NCBI GenBank assembly: GCA_041659905.1
Contig: JBAZXK010000001.1
Coordinates: 58,670-122,669 of the forward strand
DNA from: Patescibacteria group bacterium
GTDB lineage: Bacteria; Patescibacteriota; Kazan-3B-28; UBA10110
Direction of reading: 5' to 3'
DNA: 64,000 nt
Shown here: in pieces, positions 49,031-59,866 of the stretch
Layout of the letters: every line of letters begins with the position of its first letter
Position numbering within the stretch: position 1 is the stretch's first letter
Notes under the pieces: generated by a model
Seen by the model: only the letters and a program-made list of their open reading frames with translations
What the model was told of the DNA's origin: nothing
Database searches by the model: none
Position numbers and translations under genes: made by a program

Positions 49031-50094
49031 TGAAAAAGAATTACTCGCAATTCATTTTGAAAAGTCCAATTAAGGTGGCGCGGGGGGTAAAACTCTCGCG
49101 GTTTTGCACTATGAAGGTGGGGGGACCGGCGGATTTATTTACGACAGCGAAAACTAAAACAGAATTGATGGAAGTTTTGCGGTTAGCCCATAAATTAGGC
49201 ATCAAATATTTTGTGTTGGCCGGTGGAAGCAATGTGGTGTTTCCGGATAAAGGTTGGCGGGGGTTGGTGGTGAGGTATACAGCCAATCGGTTTGTCATTC
49301 TGAGCGAAGTCGAAGAATCTCGAGACACTAAAGCTCGGAGATCCCTCCACTTCGGTCGGGATGACAGAAAAAAAGCCCGGAATGACGGGAAGGTTGCTCT
49401 CCGATGGAGTCCGGATACTCCGTCCTCATATGGAGTCATTGGACCGATGCTTCGATCGGAGCGGTCGCGCATCTGCGCGACCGTGGAGGCGGGGGCGATG
49501 TTGGGGGAGATGGTGCGGAAATTGTTGAAACAGGGTTTAGGCGGATTTAATTTTTTGGCGAATATCCCGGGGAGTGTCGGCGGGGCAATTGTCGGTAATG
49601 CCGGCTGTTATGGCAAAGAAACGAAAGATTTTTTAGAAGAGGTCGAAATTTTTAATGTCAAAACCGGTAGAATTTCCATAATGAAACCAAGTAAATTAGG
49701 ATTTGATTATCGCCACTCTAAATTAAAAGAGCACCCAGAATTAATCGTCTTGAGCGCAATTTTTAAATTAGCCAAAGTTGATCCAAAACAGGCGCTTAAA
49801 GAAATCGCCGCCGAAAAACAGTCGCGTTTAGACAAACATCCGCAAGGTCCCTCTTGTGGGAGTTGGTTTAAAAACCCCGAGCGGGGCGTACCGGCCTGGA
49901 AATTCATTGATCAGGCAGGTTTGCGAGGCTATACCTTAGGCAAAGCCAGAATATCTCACAAACACTCTAATTTCTTGGTTAATTGTGGGGGAGCTACCGC
50001 GACAGACATTGTCAAACTATCTCGTTTAGTTAAAAAAAAAGTTAGCTCCCAGACAGGAATTTACCTAACAGAAGAAGCCCGGCTAATCAATTAA
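49009..50094 (+). CDS. murB: UDP-N-acetylenolpyruvoylglucosamine reductase with in-frame repeat insertion
   Basis: TMKVGGPADLF, GGGSNVVF, NIPGSVGGAIVGNAGCYG FAD-binding motifs; about 45-50 extra residues between the GLVVRYTANR and VEAGAML blocks are encoded by a family B repeat (49294-49388) plus palindromes; start codon uncertain (TTG at 49009 or 49057). Confidence 0.75.
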   Translation: MFPISNGVKKNYSQFILKSPIKVARGVKLSRFCTMKVGGPADLFTTAKTKTELMEVLRLAHKLGIKYFVLAGGSNVVFPDKGWRGLVVRYTANRFVILSEVEESRDTKARRSLHFGRDDRKKARNDGKVALRWSPDTPSSYGVIGPMLRSERSRICATVEAGAMLGEMVRKLLKQGLGGFNFLANIPGSVGGAIVGNAGCYGKETKDFLEEVEIFNVKTGRISIMKPSKLGFDYRHSKLKEHPELIVLSAIFKLAKVDPKQALKEIAAEKQSRLDKHPQGPSCGSWFKNPERGVPAWKFIDQAGLRGYTLGKARISHKHSNFLVNCGGATATDIVKLSRLVKKKVSSQTGIYLTEEARLIN

Positions 50095-50175
50095 CTCATA
50101 AGCTTCTTTTTAGGTTGAAAACAGGCATTTTTTTAGATATAATAAGACCATTATCGGTCTATATTTTAATTACAG

Positions 50176-51183
50176 ATGGAAGACAAAGATATGGGGGATT
50201 TTTCCCATAATGATGCGCCAGTGAGCGATGAGGAAATCGAGAGAATGCAACGAGCTAATAGCCCCAGAACTACCGGAGTAATGTTAACAGTGTTCGTGGC
50301 GATTTTAGTGATTATGATCGGAGGATTAGCTTCGTATTACTATTACAGCGTGCAAAAACAAGGCAGTAGCCACGAACAAATTATTCGAGAAAACTGGGAT
50401 GAGGTGGTCGTAACTACTACCAATCTGACTAATGATTTTGATAAAATCACAGAATTTTCCGCTTTCTTTGATGATACCAAGGGAAGCTTTCAGGAAACCC
50501 TGACTTCTAGCAACCGTGTTCTTAAAGATGTATCTTATAATCTGCAAAGTATCAGCGGATATGCTTTTTCCGGCAATATGGTTGTTACTAAGATGCAGGG
50601 TTTTGTAGAAGATTATTTGGATTATTTGCGAGAATTACAAAGCGTGATAGACAAGGGGCGTAGCGGTCTGATTAACGAGATCACTGAATTGGATGAATTG
50701 GATAGACTCAGCACGGCCATGAACGAGTCTTATGATAATCTGCTAATTGCCGACAAGTCTAAAACTATTGAATCCACTTTGCCGGCGAATCTGTTTAAAA
50801 TATCGGATGGAGCTAAGGATCTTATTCAAAAGTATCTAGACAACAAGAAAGAGCAAGGCAAAGTTGATGATGCAGTTAAGGCAGCCGCGGAGGAAATAGC
50901 CCGGAAATTCATGCAAGCATATATGAATAAGGATCCGGACAGCATGATGATGTATTTAACCGAACAAGCCAAATCGGAATTCAACCGCGGGATTGTCGAG
51001 GATGCCACGGAAATCAAAAGTTTTGAAATTACCGATACGCGCAAAATTACCGATACGCGCATGGAAATTGATGCTAAAATTAACAAAGAAACTCCCGACA
51101 AGGGAACGCAAATAGAAAAGCGGCGGTTTGTTTTGATCAAAAAAGACGACAAATGGCAGATCGACTCCTGGAAAGTCGTCTAA
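50176..51183 (+). CDS. hypothetical membrane-anchored protein
   Basis: one N-terminal TM helix then a largely helical hydrophilic region. Confidence 0.5.
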   Translation: MEDKDMGDFSHNDAPVSDEEIERMQRANSPRTTGVMLTVFVAILVIMIGGLASYYYYSVQKQGSSHEQIIRENWDEVVVTTTNLTNDFDKITEFSAFFDDTKGSFQETLTSSNRVLKDVSYNLQSISGYAFSGNMVVTKMQGFVEDYLDYLRELQSVIDKGRSGLINEITELDELDRLSTAMNESYDNLLIADKSKTIESTLPANLFKISDGAKDLIQKYLDNKKEQGKVDDAVKAAAEEIARKFMQAYMNKDPDSMMMYLTEQAKSEFNRGIVEDATEIKSFEITDTRKITDTRMEIDAKINKETPDKGTQIEKRRFVLIKKDDKWQIDSWKVV

Positions 51184-51257
51184 GGGGTAGAAAGTTAATA
51201 ATATAATAATTATTTAAAGCCATAGGCCGTAGCTAAGAGCGGTAATCAGTTCTATCT

Positions 51258-53972
51258 ATGAAAAAAGACGAAAATATTATCGAAGATCATATCGGGAAGG
51301 TAAATCCACGCATTCTCGAACAGGAAATGCAGGAATCCTATTTAGCTTACGCTATGAGCGTAATTATTTCCCGGGCTTTGCCGGATGTGCGCGACGGTCT
51401 TAAGCCAGTGCATCGGCGGATTTTGACAACTATGAATGATCTGCATTTGAGCCATGCCGCCAAGCATAGAAAATCAGCCAAGATTTGCGGCGATGTATCA
51501 GGCAACTACCACCCCCACGGTGAAATTATTGTTTATCCGTCAATGGTGCGCTTGGCGCAGCAGTTCAGTATGCGCTATCCCTTGGTTGATGGTCAGGGTA
51601 ACTTTGGTTCGATTGATGGAGATAATCCGGCCGCTATGCGTTATACCGAAGCCAGAATGACTCGGATTGCCGAAGAGATGTTACAGGATTTAGATAAGAA
51701 TACGGTCGATTTCCAAGACAATTATGACGCTACGCGGCAAGAACCCAAGGTTCTGCCTACCCGCCTGCCCCAGCTCCTTCTGAACGGTTCTATGGGCATT
51801 GCCGTAGGCATGGCCAGTAATATCCCGCCGCATAATTTAGGAGAAATAGTCGATGCGGTTTGCCAACTCGTAGATAAACCGGACAGTTCCGTAGACGATC
51901 TGATGGAGTATGTACAAGGTCCGGATTTTCCCACGGGCGGAGTGCTATATAATCCCGAAGAAATTAAAAGCGTTTATGCCACCGGCAAGGGCAGTGTCGT
52001 AATACGGGGCGTAGCTGAAATTGAAGAGGCTCAGCGCGGATATCGCATTATTATTACTGAGGTTCCTTATCAGGTGAATAAAGCCGAATTGGTGACTAAG
52101 ATCGCCGATTTAGTTAAAACCAAGAAGATCATTGGCATCTCTGACTTACGGGACGAGTCGGATCGTAAAGGCATCCGCATTGTTATAGAATTGCGCGCCG
52201 ATTCTTACCCTAAAAAAGTATTAAACCAGCTATTTAAACTCACACCACTGCAATCTTCTTTCCATGCTAATATTCTGGCTTTAATAGCCGGCGGTTTGCA
52301 GCCTAAAGTGCTCAGTCTCAAGTCGGTTTTGGAAGAATTTATTGCTCATCGGCAATCCGTCATCACGCGGCGGACAGAATTTGAGCTGGCTCGCGCCCAA
52401 GAACGCGCCCATATTTTGGAAGGACTGAAGATTGCCCTAGATAATCTTGATGCAGTAATCAGTACCATCAGAAAATCTGATACAAAAGAGGCTGCTCATA
52501 TTAATTTAGTTAAAAAATTCAAACTTAGCGACGCACAAGCCACGGCTATTCTAGAAATGCGTCTGTCGGCTTTAGCTGGGTTAGAGCGGCAAAAAATAGA
52601 AGATGAATATAAAGAAAAATTAGCCCTCATTAAAGATCTAAAGAGCATTTTAGGGGATCCGCAGAAAGTTTTGGAGATTATCAAGAAAGAATCCCTAGAA
52701 TTAAAAGCCAAGCATGGTGATGCTCGCAGAACACAAATTACTAATCAGACTCTCGGTAAATTCAGCGAAAAAGATCTTGTACCCAATGAAGAAGTAATTG
52801 TCACTTTAACTAAAGGGGGTTATATCAAAAGACAGCCAGTAGCGGTCTATCGTTCTCAGCATCGGGGAGGCAAGGGTATTATTGGTATGACCACTAAAGA
52901 AGAAGACCAAATCGAGATTATTCAATCTACGCAAAATCATGATGACATCTTTTTATTCACTAATCGCGGTCGGGTTTTCCGGCAGAAAGTTTATGAGATT
53001 CCCCAGGCATCTCGGATCGCTAAAGGCACGGCGGTAGTTAATGTTATTCAACTGGCGCCCGAAGAAACCGTGACTACTTTACTGACGATGCCCTCTTATA
53101 AGCCGGGAGATAATCTTGTTATGATTACGCATAGAGGAGTGATCAAGAAAACTGAAGCTGAAAAATATGCCAATATCCGGGCGAATGGTCTGATTGCTAT
53201 TAAACTGGATCCCGGTGACGAATTAAGATGGGTGCGCAAGTCCCGCAAGCAAGATACGGTAGTGATCTTGACTAAGGAAGGACAATCAATTCACTTTGAA
53301 GAAAGCGACGCCAGGCTCTTGGGCCGGAGCACTCGCGGAGTGCGGGGAATTAAGCTGCGGCCGCATGATGAAGTTATCTCAGCCGATGTGGTGAGGCCGG
53401 GCGAAGACTATGCCTGTTTAGTTATCGCAGAAAAAGGATTAGGCAAACGGACCAATCTAAATCAGTATTCGATTCAACGGCGCGGCGGTATCGGTGTCAA
53501 AACTATGCATCTAACCGATCGGACAGGCAAGATTGTGGGTGGCAGATTAGTAGAAAAAGTCTCTACGGCCGATCTCATTATTACCTCCAAAAACGGCCAG
53601 GTTATCCGGACTCCGCTTAATTCTGTCCCGATGTTAGGACGGGTGACACAAGGAGTAACTCTGATGCGCCTGAAAAGCGGGGATAAAGTCGCTTCCTTCA
53701 GTATTATTGCTAAAGAGGAAGAAGAGGGTAAGTCGGAAAAAGAATCCGCTCCCAAATCATCCCCGACTAAACCGGCGCCGGCTACCGCTATGCTATCAGC
53801 AACTAAAAAAGACAGCTTTGTTAAACGTAAAATAATCGGCGGCGGCCTAAGAGAAAAGACTTCCAAACTAGCCGAAAAAAGTCGGGGGTTTGTAAAGAAA
53901 AAGATTTCTCTGTCCGACAAGGAAACTAAGGCAGCCACTAGTCGGCTGAGCAGTAAAAGAAAGAAAGGATAA
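51258..53972 (+). CDS. gyrA: DNA gyrase subunit A
   Basis: [10 protein letters not shown] active-site Tyr region, C-terminal beta-pinwheel repeats, then a Lys/Ser-rich extension of about 90 aa. Confidence 0.9.
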   Translation: MKKDENIIEDHIGKVNPRILEQEMQESYLAYAMSVIISRALPDVRDGLKPVHRRILTTMNDLHLSHAAKHRKSAKICGDVSGNYHPHGEIIVYPSMVRLAQQFSMRYPLVDGQGNFGSIDGDNPAAMRYTEARMTRIAEEMLQDLDKNTVDFQDNYDATRQEPKVLPTRLPQLLLNGSMGIAVGMASNIPPHNLGEIVDAVCQLVDKPDSSVDDLMEYVQGPDFPTGGVLYNPEEIKSVYATGKGSVVIRGVAEIEEAQRGYRIIITEVPYQVNKAELVTKIADLVKTKKIIGISDLRDESDRKGIRIVIELRADSYPKKVLNQLFKLTPLQSSFHANILALIAGGLQPKVLSLKSVLEEFIAHRQSVITRRTEFELARAQERAHILEGLKIALDNLDAVISTIRKSDTKEAAHINLVKKFKLSDAQATAILEMRLSALAGLERQKIEDEYKEKLALIKDLKSILGDPQKVLEIIKKESLELKAKHGDARRTQITNQTLGKFSEKDLVPNEEVIVTLTKGGYIKRQPVAVYRSQHRGGKGIIGMTTKEEDQIEIIQSTQNHDDIFLFTNRGRVFRQKVYEIPQASRIAKGTAVVNVIQLAPEETVTTLLTMPSYKPGDNLVMITHRGVIKKTEAEKYANIRANGLIAIKLDPGDELRWVRKSRKQDTVVILTKEGQSIHFEESDARLLGRSTRGVRGIKLRPHDEVISADVVRPGEDYACLVIAEKGLGKRTNLNQYSIQRRGGIGVKTMHLTDRTGKIVGGRLVEKVSTADLIITSKNGQVIRTPLNSVPMLGRVTQGVTLMRLKSGDKVASFSIIAKEEEEGKSEKESAPKSSPTKPAPATAMLSATKKDSFVKRKIIGGGLREKTSKLAEKSRGFVKKKISLSDKETKAATSRLSSKRKKG

Positions 53973-53976
53973 AAAA

Positions 53977-54393
53977 ATGGCTATTAAAAATATTTTTCAC
54001 TATACTTATTATTTCGATGCGTCTATAAATTCAGAATTTCCCGGATTTTGGGCGATGGTGATTATATTAGCTCTGATTTTGGTGCTCTCGATCATTTTAC
54101 AGACAAGGCATAATAAATTATTCAAAAAACTAAACAAAGAAAAGAAGTTCTGGTGGGCGCATTGGTTAAATATGGGGTATACCTTGAGCATCACGGGGCT
54201 AATCTGGCTCTTTTTCCGTTACCAAGGCATTGCTTATTTCAACTGGCGATTCTGGCCCGCTTTGTTAATATTAGGAATATTGATTTGGCTGGCTTATTTA
54301 GCTTATCAACGCAGGCTACTCCCCAAACAACGCCTTGAGCAGGAAGCCGAGAAAAGCCAGGCTTATTATTTCCGGCGGAGACGCAAAAAGTAA
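53977..54393 (+). CDS. hypothetical membrane protein
   Basis: 3 TM helices, C-terminal RRRRKK. Confidence 0.5.
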   Translation: MAIKNIFHYTYYFDASINSEFPGFWAMVIILALILVLSIILQTRHNKLFKKLNKEKKFWWAHWLNMGYTLSITGLIWLFFRYQGIAYFNWRFWPALLILGILIWLAYLAYQRRLLPKQRLEQEAEKSQAYYFRRRRKK

Positions 54394-54468
54394 AAAACTT
54401 GACCAGGAGCTCGAATTTGCCTATATTAGATAGGCGTCGCTATATTATTAAGTTATATCCTATAAATT

Positions 54469-55773
54469 ATGGCTACTAAAGCCAAACCAGTGGTGACAGA
54501 TGATCCTATGGCTAAGCTGCTAGAGACAGCCGGGGATTTAGGTATTCTGAAAACCGGGGATTTGGTCGAGGGTATAGTCACCGCCGTAACTTCCAACCGG
54601 GTTTGGATCGATATTGCGGATGGTAAATTTACCGGAATAATTTCTAGTAAAGAGCTGGCGGAAGCCGGCATCTCCATGCCAAACTTCAAAGTGGGCGATA
54701 AGATCGTGGCTTCAGTTGTCGAACAAGAAAACGATGAAGGATTTGTCATCTTGAGCATCAGAGAAGCTTTGCGCAACCGGGGCTGGACTTCATTAGAAAA
54801 TCACTACAAAACCGGAGAGATGATTTCTGCCCGAGTAGTCGAAGCTAATCGCGGCGGTCTGATTATGGAAGCCGATGGCGTGCGCGGATTTTTGCCGGTT
54901 TCTCAATTAACCCCGACGCACTATCCGAGAGTAGGTAACGATAAAGACGAAATTTTAAGTAAATTATCTAAATTTGAAGGCCAAAACTTAGAAGTTAAGA
55001 TTATCGGTCTAGATAAAGATATAAATAAACTGATTTTCTCTGAGAAGGCCGCTAAACAAGAAGAATTCGATGCTCTCACTGCCAATATTCAGGTCGGAGA
55101 GGTATTGACTGGCCGCGTGAGCGGAGTGGTAGATTTCGGTATTTTTGTGAATTTTGGAGAATTAGAAGGGCTGATCCATATTTCAGAAATTAGCTGGGAC
55201 AAAGTCGATGATCCTAGAAATTATGCTAAGGTGGGCGATCGGATTCCCGTGCAAGTGATCGGTATTGAAGGTGATAAGATTTCTTTAAGCATGAAACGGT
55301 TAGTGGAAGATCGCTGGTTGGATTTGATTAAGGAATATAAAGTGGGCCAAGTAGTGGAAGGGGTAGTGACTCAAATTATGCCGTTTGGCGTGTTTGTTAA
55401 AGTCGAGGATAAAGTAGATGGACTGATTCATATCTCGGAATTGTCGTTTGAACATGTGGCCGACCCCAACGATATCGTTAAATTAGGAGACAAATTACAA
55501 TTAAAAGTTATTGATATCGAACCGGAAAGCCATCGTTTCGGCCTGTCCATTAAAGCTTTACAATTGCCAGACGAGGCGATTCCAGCTAAAAAATCGTCCG
55601 CGTCTGATTTGAATAAGTTAGGTTTATCGGATGCTTTGGTCCGCAAACTCAAGGAATCCGGTATCGATAATACAGCCATACTCAAAGCCAAATCCCTCGA
55701 GGAAATTAAGGCGATAAGCGGGATCGGCGAAAAATCTGCAGCCAAAATTATGGAAGCCCTCAAAAATGTGTAG
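54469..55773 (+). CDS. rpsA: 30S ribosomal protein S1-like (four S1 domains plus C-terminal HhH)
   Basis: repeated S1 OB-fold units (GxVxGxVxxIxxFGxFV); C-terminal GIGEKSAAKIMEAL helix-hairpin-helix. Confidence 0.75.
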   Translation: MATKAKPVVTDDPMAKLLETAGDLGILKTGDLVEGIVTAVTSNRVWIDIADGKFTGIISSKELAEAGISMPNFKVGDKIVASVVEQENDEGFVILSIREALRNRGWTSLENHYKTGEMISARVVEANRGGLIMEADGVRGFLPVSQLTPTHYPRVGNDKDEILSKLSKFEGQNLEVKIIGLDKDINKLIFSEKAAKQEEFDALTANIQVGEVLTGRVSGVVDFGIFVNFGELEGLIHISEISWDKVDDPRNYAKVGDRIPVQVIGIEGDKISLSMKRLVEDRWLDLIKEYKVGQVVEGVVTQIMPFGVFVKVEDKVDGLIHISELSFEHVADPNDIVKLGDKLQLKVIDIEPESHRFGLSIKALQLPDEAIPAKKSSASDLNKLGLSDALVRKLKESGIDNTAILKAKSLEEIKAISGIGEKSAAKIMEALKNV

Positions 55774-55791
55774 TTAACACCTATTCGCCTT

Positions 55792-55894
55792 GTCATTCCG
55801 GCCTCCGAGCCGGAATCCCTGCCTACCGGCAGGCAGGCAGGCCTGGATTCTGAATCCGAACTTGGGCCTTACGGCCAGTCGGTCCAGAATGACA
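55792..55894. repeat. MITE-like element family B copy with internal cctgcctaccggcaggcagg palindrome
   Basis: TGTCATTCCGG...GAATGACA terminal inverted repeats. Confidence 0.7.
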
Positions 55895-55932
55895 GATGGG
55901 ACAAGGTAAAAGTTAGGGAAACAACGAAGAAG

Positions 55933-57738
55933 ATGGCTGCAGCAAGCAGCTTTATTTATATTTATATGGAAGAAAATATTTCTCAATTTGAACGGCCTGA
56001 GGTAGTTATCCCGGCGGTAATCAAAGTCACTGAGCTGGCGCATCTATTAGATAAGCCGGTTACGGAAGTTATCCATTATCTTCTTAAAAATGGATTGTTA
56101 GTTACGCTAAATGACAATATCGATTTTGATACTGCCTCTATTGTGGCGGATGATTTCGGCTTCCAGGCTAAATCAGGCGGGGAGGATACCGCTACTGCCG
56201 ATGCAACTGAGGAAGCAGCGGGAGAATTAGTCCCCCGAGCGCCAGTAGTAACAATTATGGGCCATGTTGATCATGGTAAAACTTCACTCCTAGATTACAT
56301 CCGCAAAACCAAAGTGGCTGAGAAAGAGTCGGGTGGCATCACTCAACATATGGGGTCTTATCAGGTAGAATGTCGCGGCAAAAAGATAACTTTTCTCGAT
56401 ACGCCTGGGCATGAGGCATTTGGTTCCATTCGAGCGCAAGGAACTAAAGTAACGGACATTGTTATTTTAGTAGTCGCTGCTGACGAAGGTGTAAAACCGC
56501 AAACTATCGAAGCGATTGATTTGACTAAAGCCGCCAATGTTCCGGTAGTCGTGGCAGTAACTAAAATTGATCGCCCAGGAGCCAATATTGAAAAAGTAAA
56601 ACAAGAACTGGCTCAGCAAAATATTTTAACCGAAGAATGGGGAGGTAAAATTCCTCTGGTCAGCGTTTCTGCTAAAACCGGCGAGGGTGTCGATCAGCTT
56701 TTAGAGTTAGTTTGTCTGACCGCTGATTTAGCTGAACTGAAAGCGCCTGTAACCGGTTTAGCTAAAGGAATAATTATCGAGGCGCAGCAAGATATTAAAG
56801 TCGGTCAATCCGCCACCGTGATTGTCAAATCAGGTATTTTAAAGATAGCTGATGCCTTTGTAGCGGGATCTGTCTATGGCAAAGTTCGGGCGATGTATGA
56901 TCATGCCGGCAAGAGAATTGAGCGAGCTATCCCTTCTATGCCAGTGCGAGTGATTGGATTTATGGACCCTCCTCAGGTCGGCGAGATGTTGGTTGTGACA
57001 ACTGACGAAAAAACTGCTCGTCAACTGGCGGCTAGCCGCAAAGTAGCGGCGGGGCGTAAACTCACTGGCGGTAAAGCCGATTTCGGAGCGTTAGTAGAAC
57101 AGATGAAATCACGCCAAGGCGGCAATTTAAACGTGGTCTTGAAAGCCGATGTGCAAGGGTCGCTACAAGCAATTACAGGAGCACTGGCTAATCTCAAAAC
57201 CAATCGAGGCGGCGCAATCAATATTATCAACGAAGGGATAGGAAATATCAGCGAATCAGATGTGCTGACAGCGCAAGGGGGAGACGCTTTTGTCGTCGGA
57301 TTTAAAGTCGGAACTTTGCCGGGTGCAGCTAAAATGGCCAAAAAAGAAAACACGAATATATTGTCCTATGATATTATTTACAATTTAACCGATGATTTAA
57401 GTAAATTATTAGTAGAAGCCGGAGGATGGGAGCGGATAGAAACCATTGAAGCTACCGGCAAAGTTTTGAAAGTGTTTATGAGTACGGCTAAAAGCAAAAT
57501 CATCGGAGTTAAGGTGACTAAAGGCGAAGCTAAAAAAGATTATCTTTTCCGAGTTTATCGCGAGGAAGAGAAAATAGGGGAAGGAGCGATAAAAAAAATC
57601 CAATCAGTAGCCGAAGAAGTGGCTAGTGCTGCCAGCGGTGATTTTGGTTTCATGGTTGATATTAACTTTAAGATCAAAGAAGGCGACCGGGTAGATTTTG
57701 TGCGCGTAGAAAACGTTCAATCTCAACTAATCAAATGA
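55933..57738 (+). CDS. infB: translation initiation factor IF-2 (short N-terminal region)
   Basis: GTPase motifs [19 protein letters not shown]; C-terminal beta-barrel domains; exact start uncertain. Confidence 0.85.
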   Translation: MAAASSFIYIYMEENISQFERPEVVIPAVIKVTELAHLLDKPVTEVIHYLLKNGLLVTLNDNIDFDTASIVADDFGFQAKSGGEDTATADATEEAAGELVPRAPVVTIMGHVDHGKTSLLDYIRKTKVAEKESGGITQHMGSYQVECRGKKITFLDTPGHEAFGSIRAQGTKVTDIVILVVAADEGVKPQTIEAIDLTKAANVPVVVAVTKIDRPGANIEKVKQELAQQNILTEEWGGKIPLVSVSAKTGEGVDQLLELVCLTADLAELKAPVTGLAKGIIIEAQQDIKVGQSATVIVKSGILKIADAFVAGSVYGKVRAMYDHAGKRIERAIPSMPVRVIGFMDPPQVGEMLVVTTDEKTARQLAASRKVAAGRKLTGGKADFGALVEQMKSRQGGNLNVVLKADVQGSLQAITGALANLKTNRGGAINIINEGIGNISESDVLTAQGGDAFVVGFKVGTLPGAAKMAKKENTNILSYDIIYNLTDDLSKLLVEAGGWERIETIEATGKVLKVFMSTAKSKIIGVKVTKGEAKKDYLFRVYREEEKIGEGAIKKIQSVAEEVASAASGDFGFMVDINFKIKEGDRVDFVRVENVQSQLIK

Positions 57739-58112
57739 GCCATCGCCTCGAGCAAGTTCAACAGCAAATCCATCGGCTTATTTCCGAGTTCTTGTTAAAA
57801 GAAGGTAATTTTGGCATTGGCATTATCTCTATAAATGATATATTGGTAAGTCGGGATTTGAGTACGGTGAAGATTTGGGTGAGTTTTATCGCCGAGAAGG
57901 ATCAGGAGCAAGCCTTTAATCAACTATTGCGCCATGCTAATCAGGTTCAAACCTTCTTGTATCGAAATTTCCCAGTGAAAAAAGTACCTAAAGTTGTTTG
58001 GCAATTAGATACCAAACCTGACGCAGCCTATCGCATAGAAAAACTTTTAGATGATATCCGCCCAACTACAGGAACGAATCCGGGATCTGAAGAATCTGAC
58101 GCAAACAGCTAA
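57735..58112 (+). CDS. rbfA: ribosome-binding factor A
   Basis: follows infB with overlapping stop/start; KH-like RbfA fold, about 125 aa. Confidence 0.75.
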   Translation: MSHRLEQVQQQIHRLISEFLLKEGNFGIGIISINDILVSRDLSTVKIWVSFIAEKDQEQAFNQLLRHANQVQTFLYRNFPVKKVPKVVWQLDTKPDAAYRIEKLLDDIRPTTGTNPGSEESDANS

Positions 58113-59049
58113 AAAGATTCTAATAGTTTCTCATAGTAAACCGGATGGCGATGCTGTCGGTGCCAGTTTAGCGATGAAATTAGCTCTGCAAGCCGGAGGA
58201 CAGAGCGTGGAGGTAGCTTTTTTGGATGCTCCTCCCGAGCGGCTATCATTCCTGCCGCATTTTTTCAGTATTAAGGGTGAATTTTCTCCTCAAGATTTTG
58301 ATCTAGTTTTTTTAATTGATTGTGGCGACTGGTCGCGCACGGGTTTTTTTGCTGATACGGAATTGAATATCGATTGGCCGCCAAACTTGGCCGTGATCGA
58401 TCATCATAAGATTCAAAAACTTACTCCCGGAGTGCATATTGTCGATGCCACCGCTTCTTCCGCTTCCGAATTAGTATTTTATATTTTGACTGCTTGGGGA
58501 AGAGAAATCACCAAAGATATCGCCACCTGCTTGTTGGTGGGGATTTCTACTGATACAGGGAGTTTTCAGCACACTAATACTAGCCGAGCAGTGTTACAGG
58601 TAGCCGGGGAGTTAATGGAGAAGGGAGCCAGTTTAGGTAAAATTACCCGCTATGTTTATGCCGATAAAAGCATTGCCCGATTGAAGTTGTGGGGACGAGT
58701 ACTCCAAAAAATGCGGCGGAACCGGCGCTGGAATGTGCTTATTGCTATGATCACAGCGGCTGACTTGGAAGAGTGCCAAGCGACCGACGCGGATTTGGAA
58801 GGGGTGGTCGATCTGATGCGGACAGTTCCGCATGTTAAAGCGGTACTGTTAGGATCCGAACGCGGCGCTGAATTCAAATTTAATTTGCGCACCGAGGCGT
58901 TAGATGTGGATGTGAGCCGGTTAGCGGCCTTGTTTGGCGGAGGCGGCCATGTTAAAGCCTCCGGCTTTTCTATGCCGACATCAGATGTTGTTATTTCTGT
59001 TGCCCCTTCCGTCATTCCCGCGCAGGCGGGAATCCAGACAGAAAAATAA
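58051..59049 (+). CDS. nrnA: DHH/DHHA1 phosphoesterase (NrnA-like bifunctional oligoribonuclease/pAp phosphatase); C-terminal 13 aa encoded by a family B repeat
   Basis: HSKPDGDAVGAS, DHH (IDHH) and GGGH (DHHA1) motifs; start overlaps rbfA by about 60 nt so true start may differ. Confidence 0.7.
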   Translation: MISAQLQERIRDLKNLTQTAKKILIVSHSKPDGDAVGASLAMKLALQAGGQSVEVAFLDAPPERLSFLPHFFSIKGEFSPQDFDLVFLIDCGDWSRTGFFADTELNIDWPPNLAVIDHHKIQKLTPGVHIVDATASSASELVFYILTAWGREITKDIATCLLVGISTDTGSFQHTNTSRAVLQVAGELMEKGASLGKITRYVYADKSIARLKLWGRVLQKMRRNRRWNVLIAMITAADLEECQATDADLEGVVDLMRTVPHVKAVLLGSERGAEFKFNLRTEALDVDVSRLAALFGGGGHVKASGFSMPTSDVVISVAPSVIPAQAGIQTEK

Positions 59050-59129
59050 AAAAAGAAAAATGTTTTTGTTTGTTTTCTTGTCTGGATCCCAGATCCTGAT
59101 TTGCCTCCGGCAATCCGGTCTGGGATGAC
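59011..59129. repeat. MITE-like element family B copy
   Basis: CGTCATTCCCGcgcaggcgggaatccagaca ... gtctgGGATGACA. Confidence 0.7.
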
Positions 59130-59302
59130 AATTTTTTACTAACCTACTGACCTGTTAAAATCAGCTCTGGGAGCGGAAAACTCTTGACAAAACCTCCAAA
59201 AAGTAGTATGGTTAAATTATTGACAACAAGATTATGGTCGGAGCAGAAGTGCTCGGTAAACATACTATTCCACCTGTTAAAACAGGTGCGAAGGAGACCG
59301 AT

Positions 59303-59734
59303 ATGCCGAATATACCCAATGTTGGCGAGGTAGTTTGGACGGGGGATAATGAGTTTTCTTTCAGCTCCAGAAATGAATTATTCTTTGATCTGGAGAGGGA
59401 AGAGCGTAATATGGCGATGGGTTATGCTGATAGCAGTCCCAAAAAAGCTGCTGTTCTGACAGACATTGCAAAGACATTCAAACAAGAACAGAAAAAGCCG
59501 CTACGATTGGAAATTGAAATAAGATTCAATCCATACGACTTTGAGGTAAGCGGGAGCCAGCTTGACAATATTATTAACGGCCTGAATCAACATGTCTCTA
59601 AGGAATGTGTCGTAATTATGCGATACAGATTTCAGACAGTATCTCTTGCATTCTTTGTCGATGAGGACATCCGAGATCCATCCCGATACTTAGAGGCATT
59701 GGCTTACAAGATGAGAAAGTGGGCCCTTGTCTAG
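59303..59734 (+). CDS. hypothetical protein
   Basis: AAGGAG RBS before MPNIPNVGE; terminator ccccgggttaatcccgggg+T at 59760-59792. Confidence 0.5.
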   Translation: MPNIPNVGEVVWTGDNEFSFSSRNELFFDLEREERNMAMGYADSSPKKAAVLTDIAKTFKQEQKKPLRLEIEIRFNPYDFEVSGSQLDNIINGLNQHVSKECVVIMRYRFQTVSLAFFVDEDIRDPSRYLEALAYKMRKWALV

Positions 59735-59866
59735 CACATTTGTGCATTTGGATTTAATAATGCCCCGGGTTAATCCCGGGGTTGTTTTGTATTTGTTAAT
59801 ACTGTTCGAACGGTAGTGAGAACTATCGACCTACTAGTTCTCGTCGCTATGCTTCTCGAACAGTAC

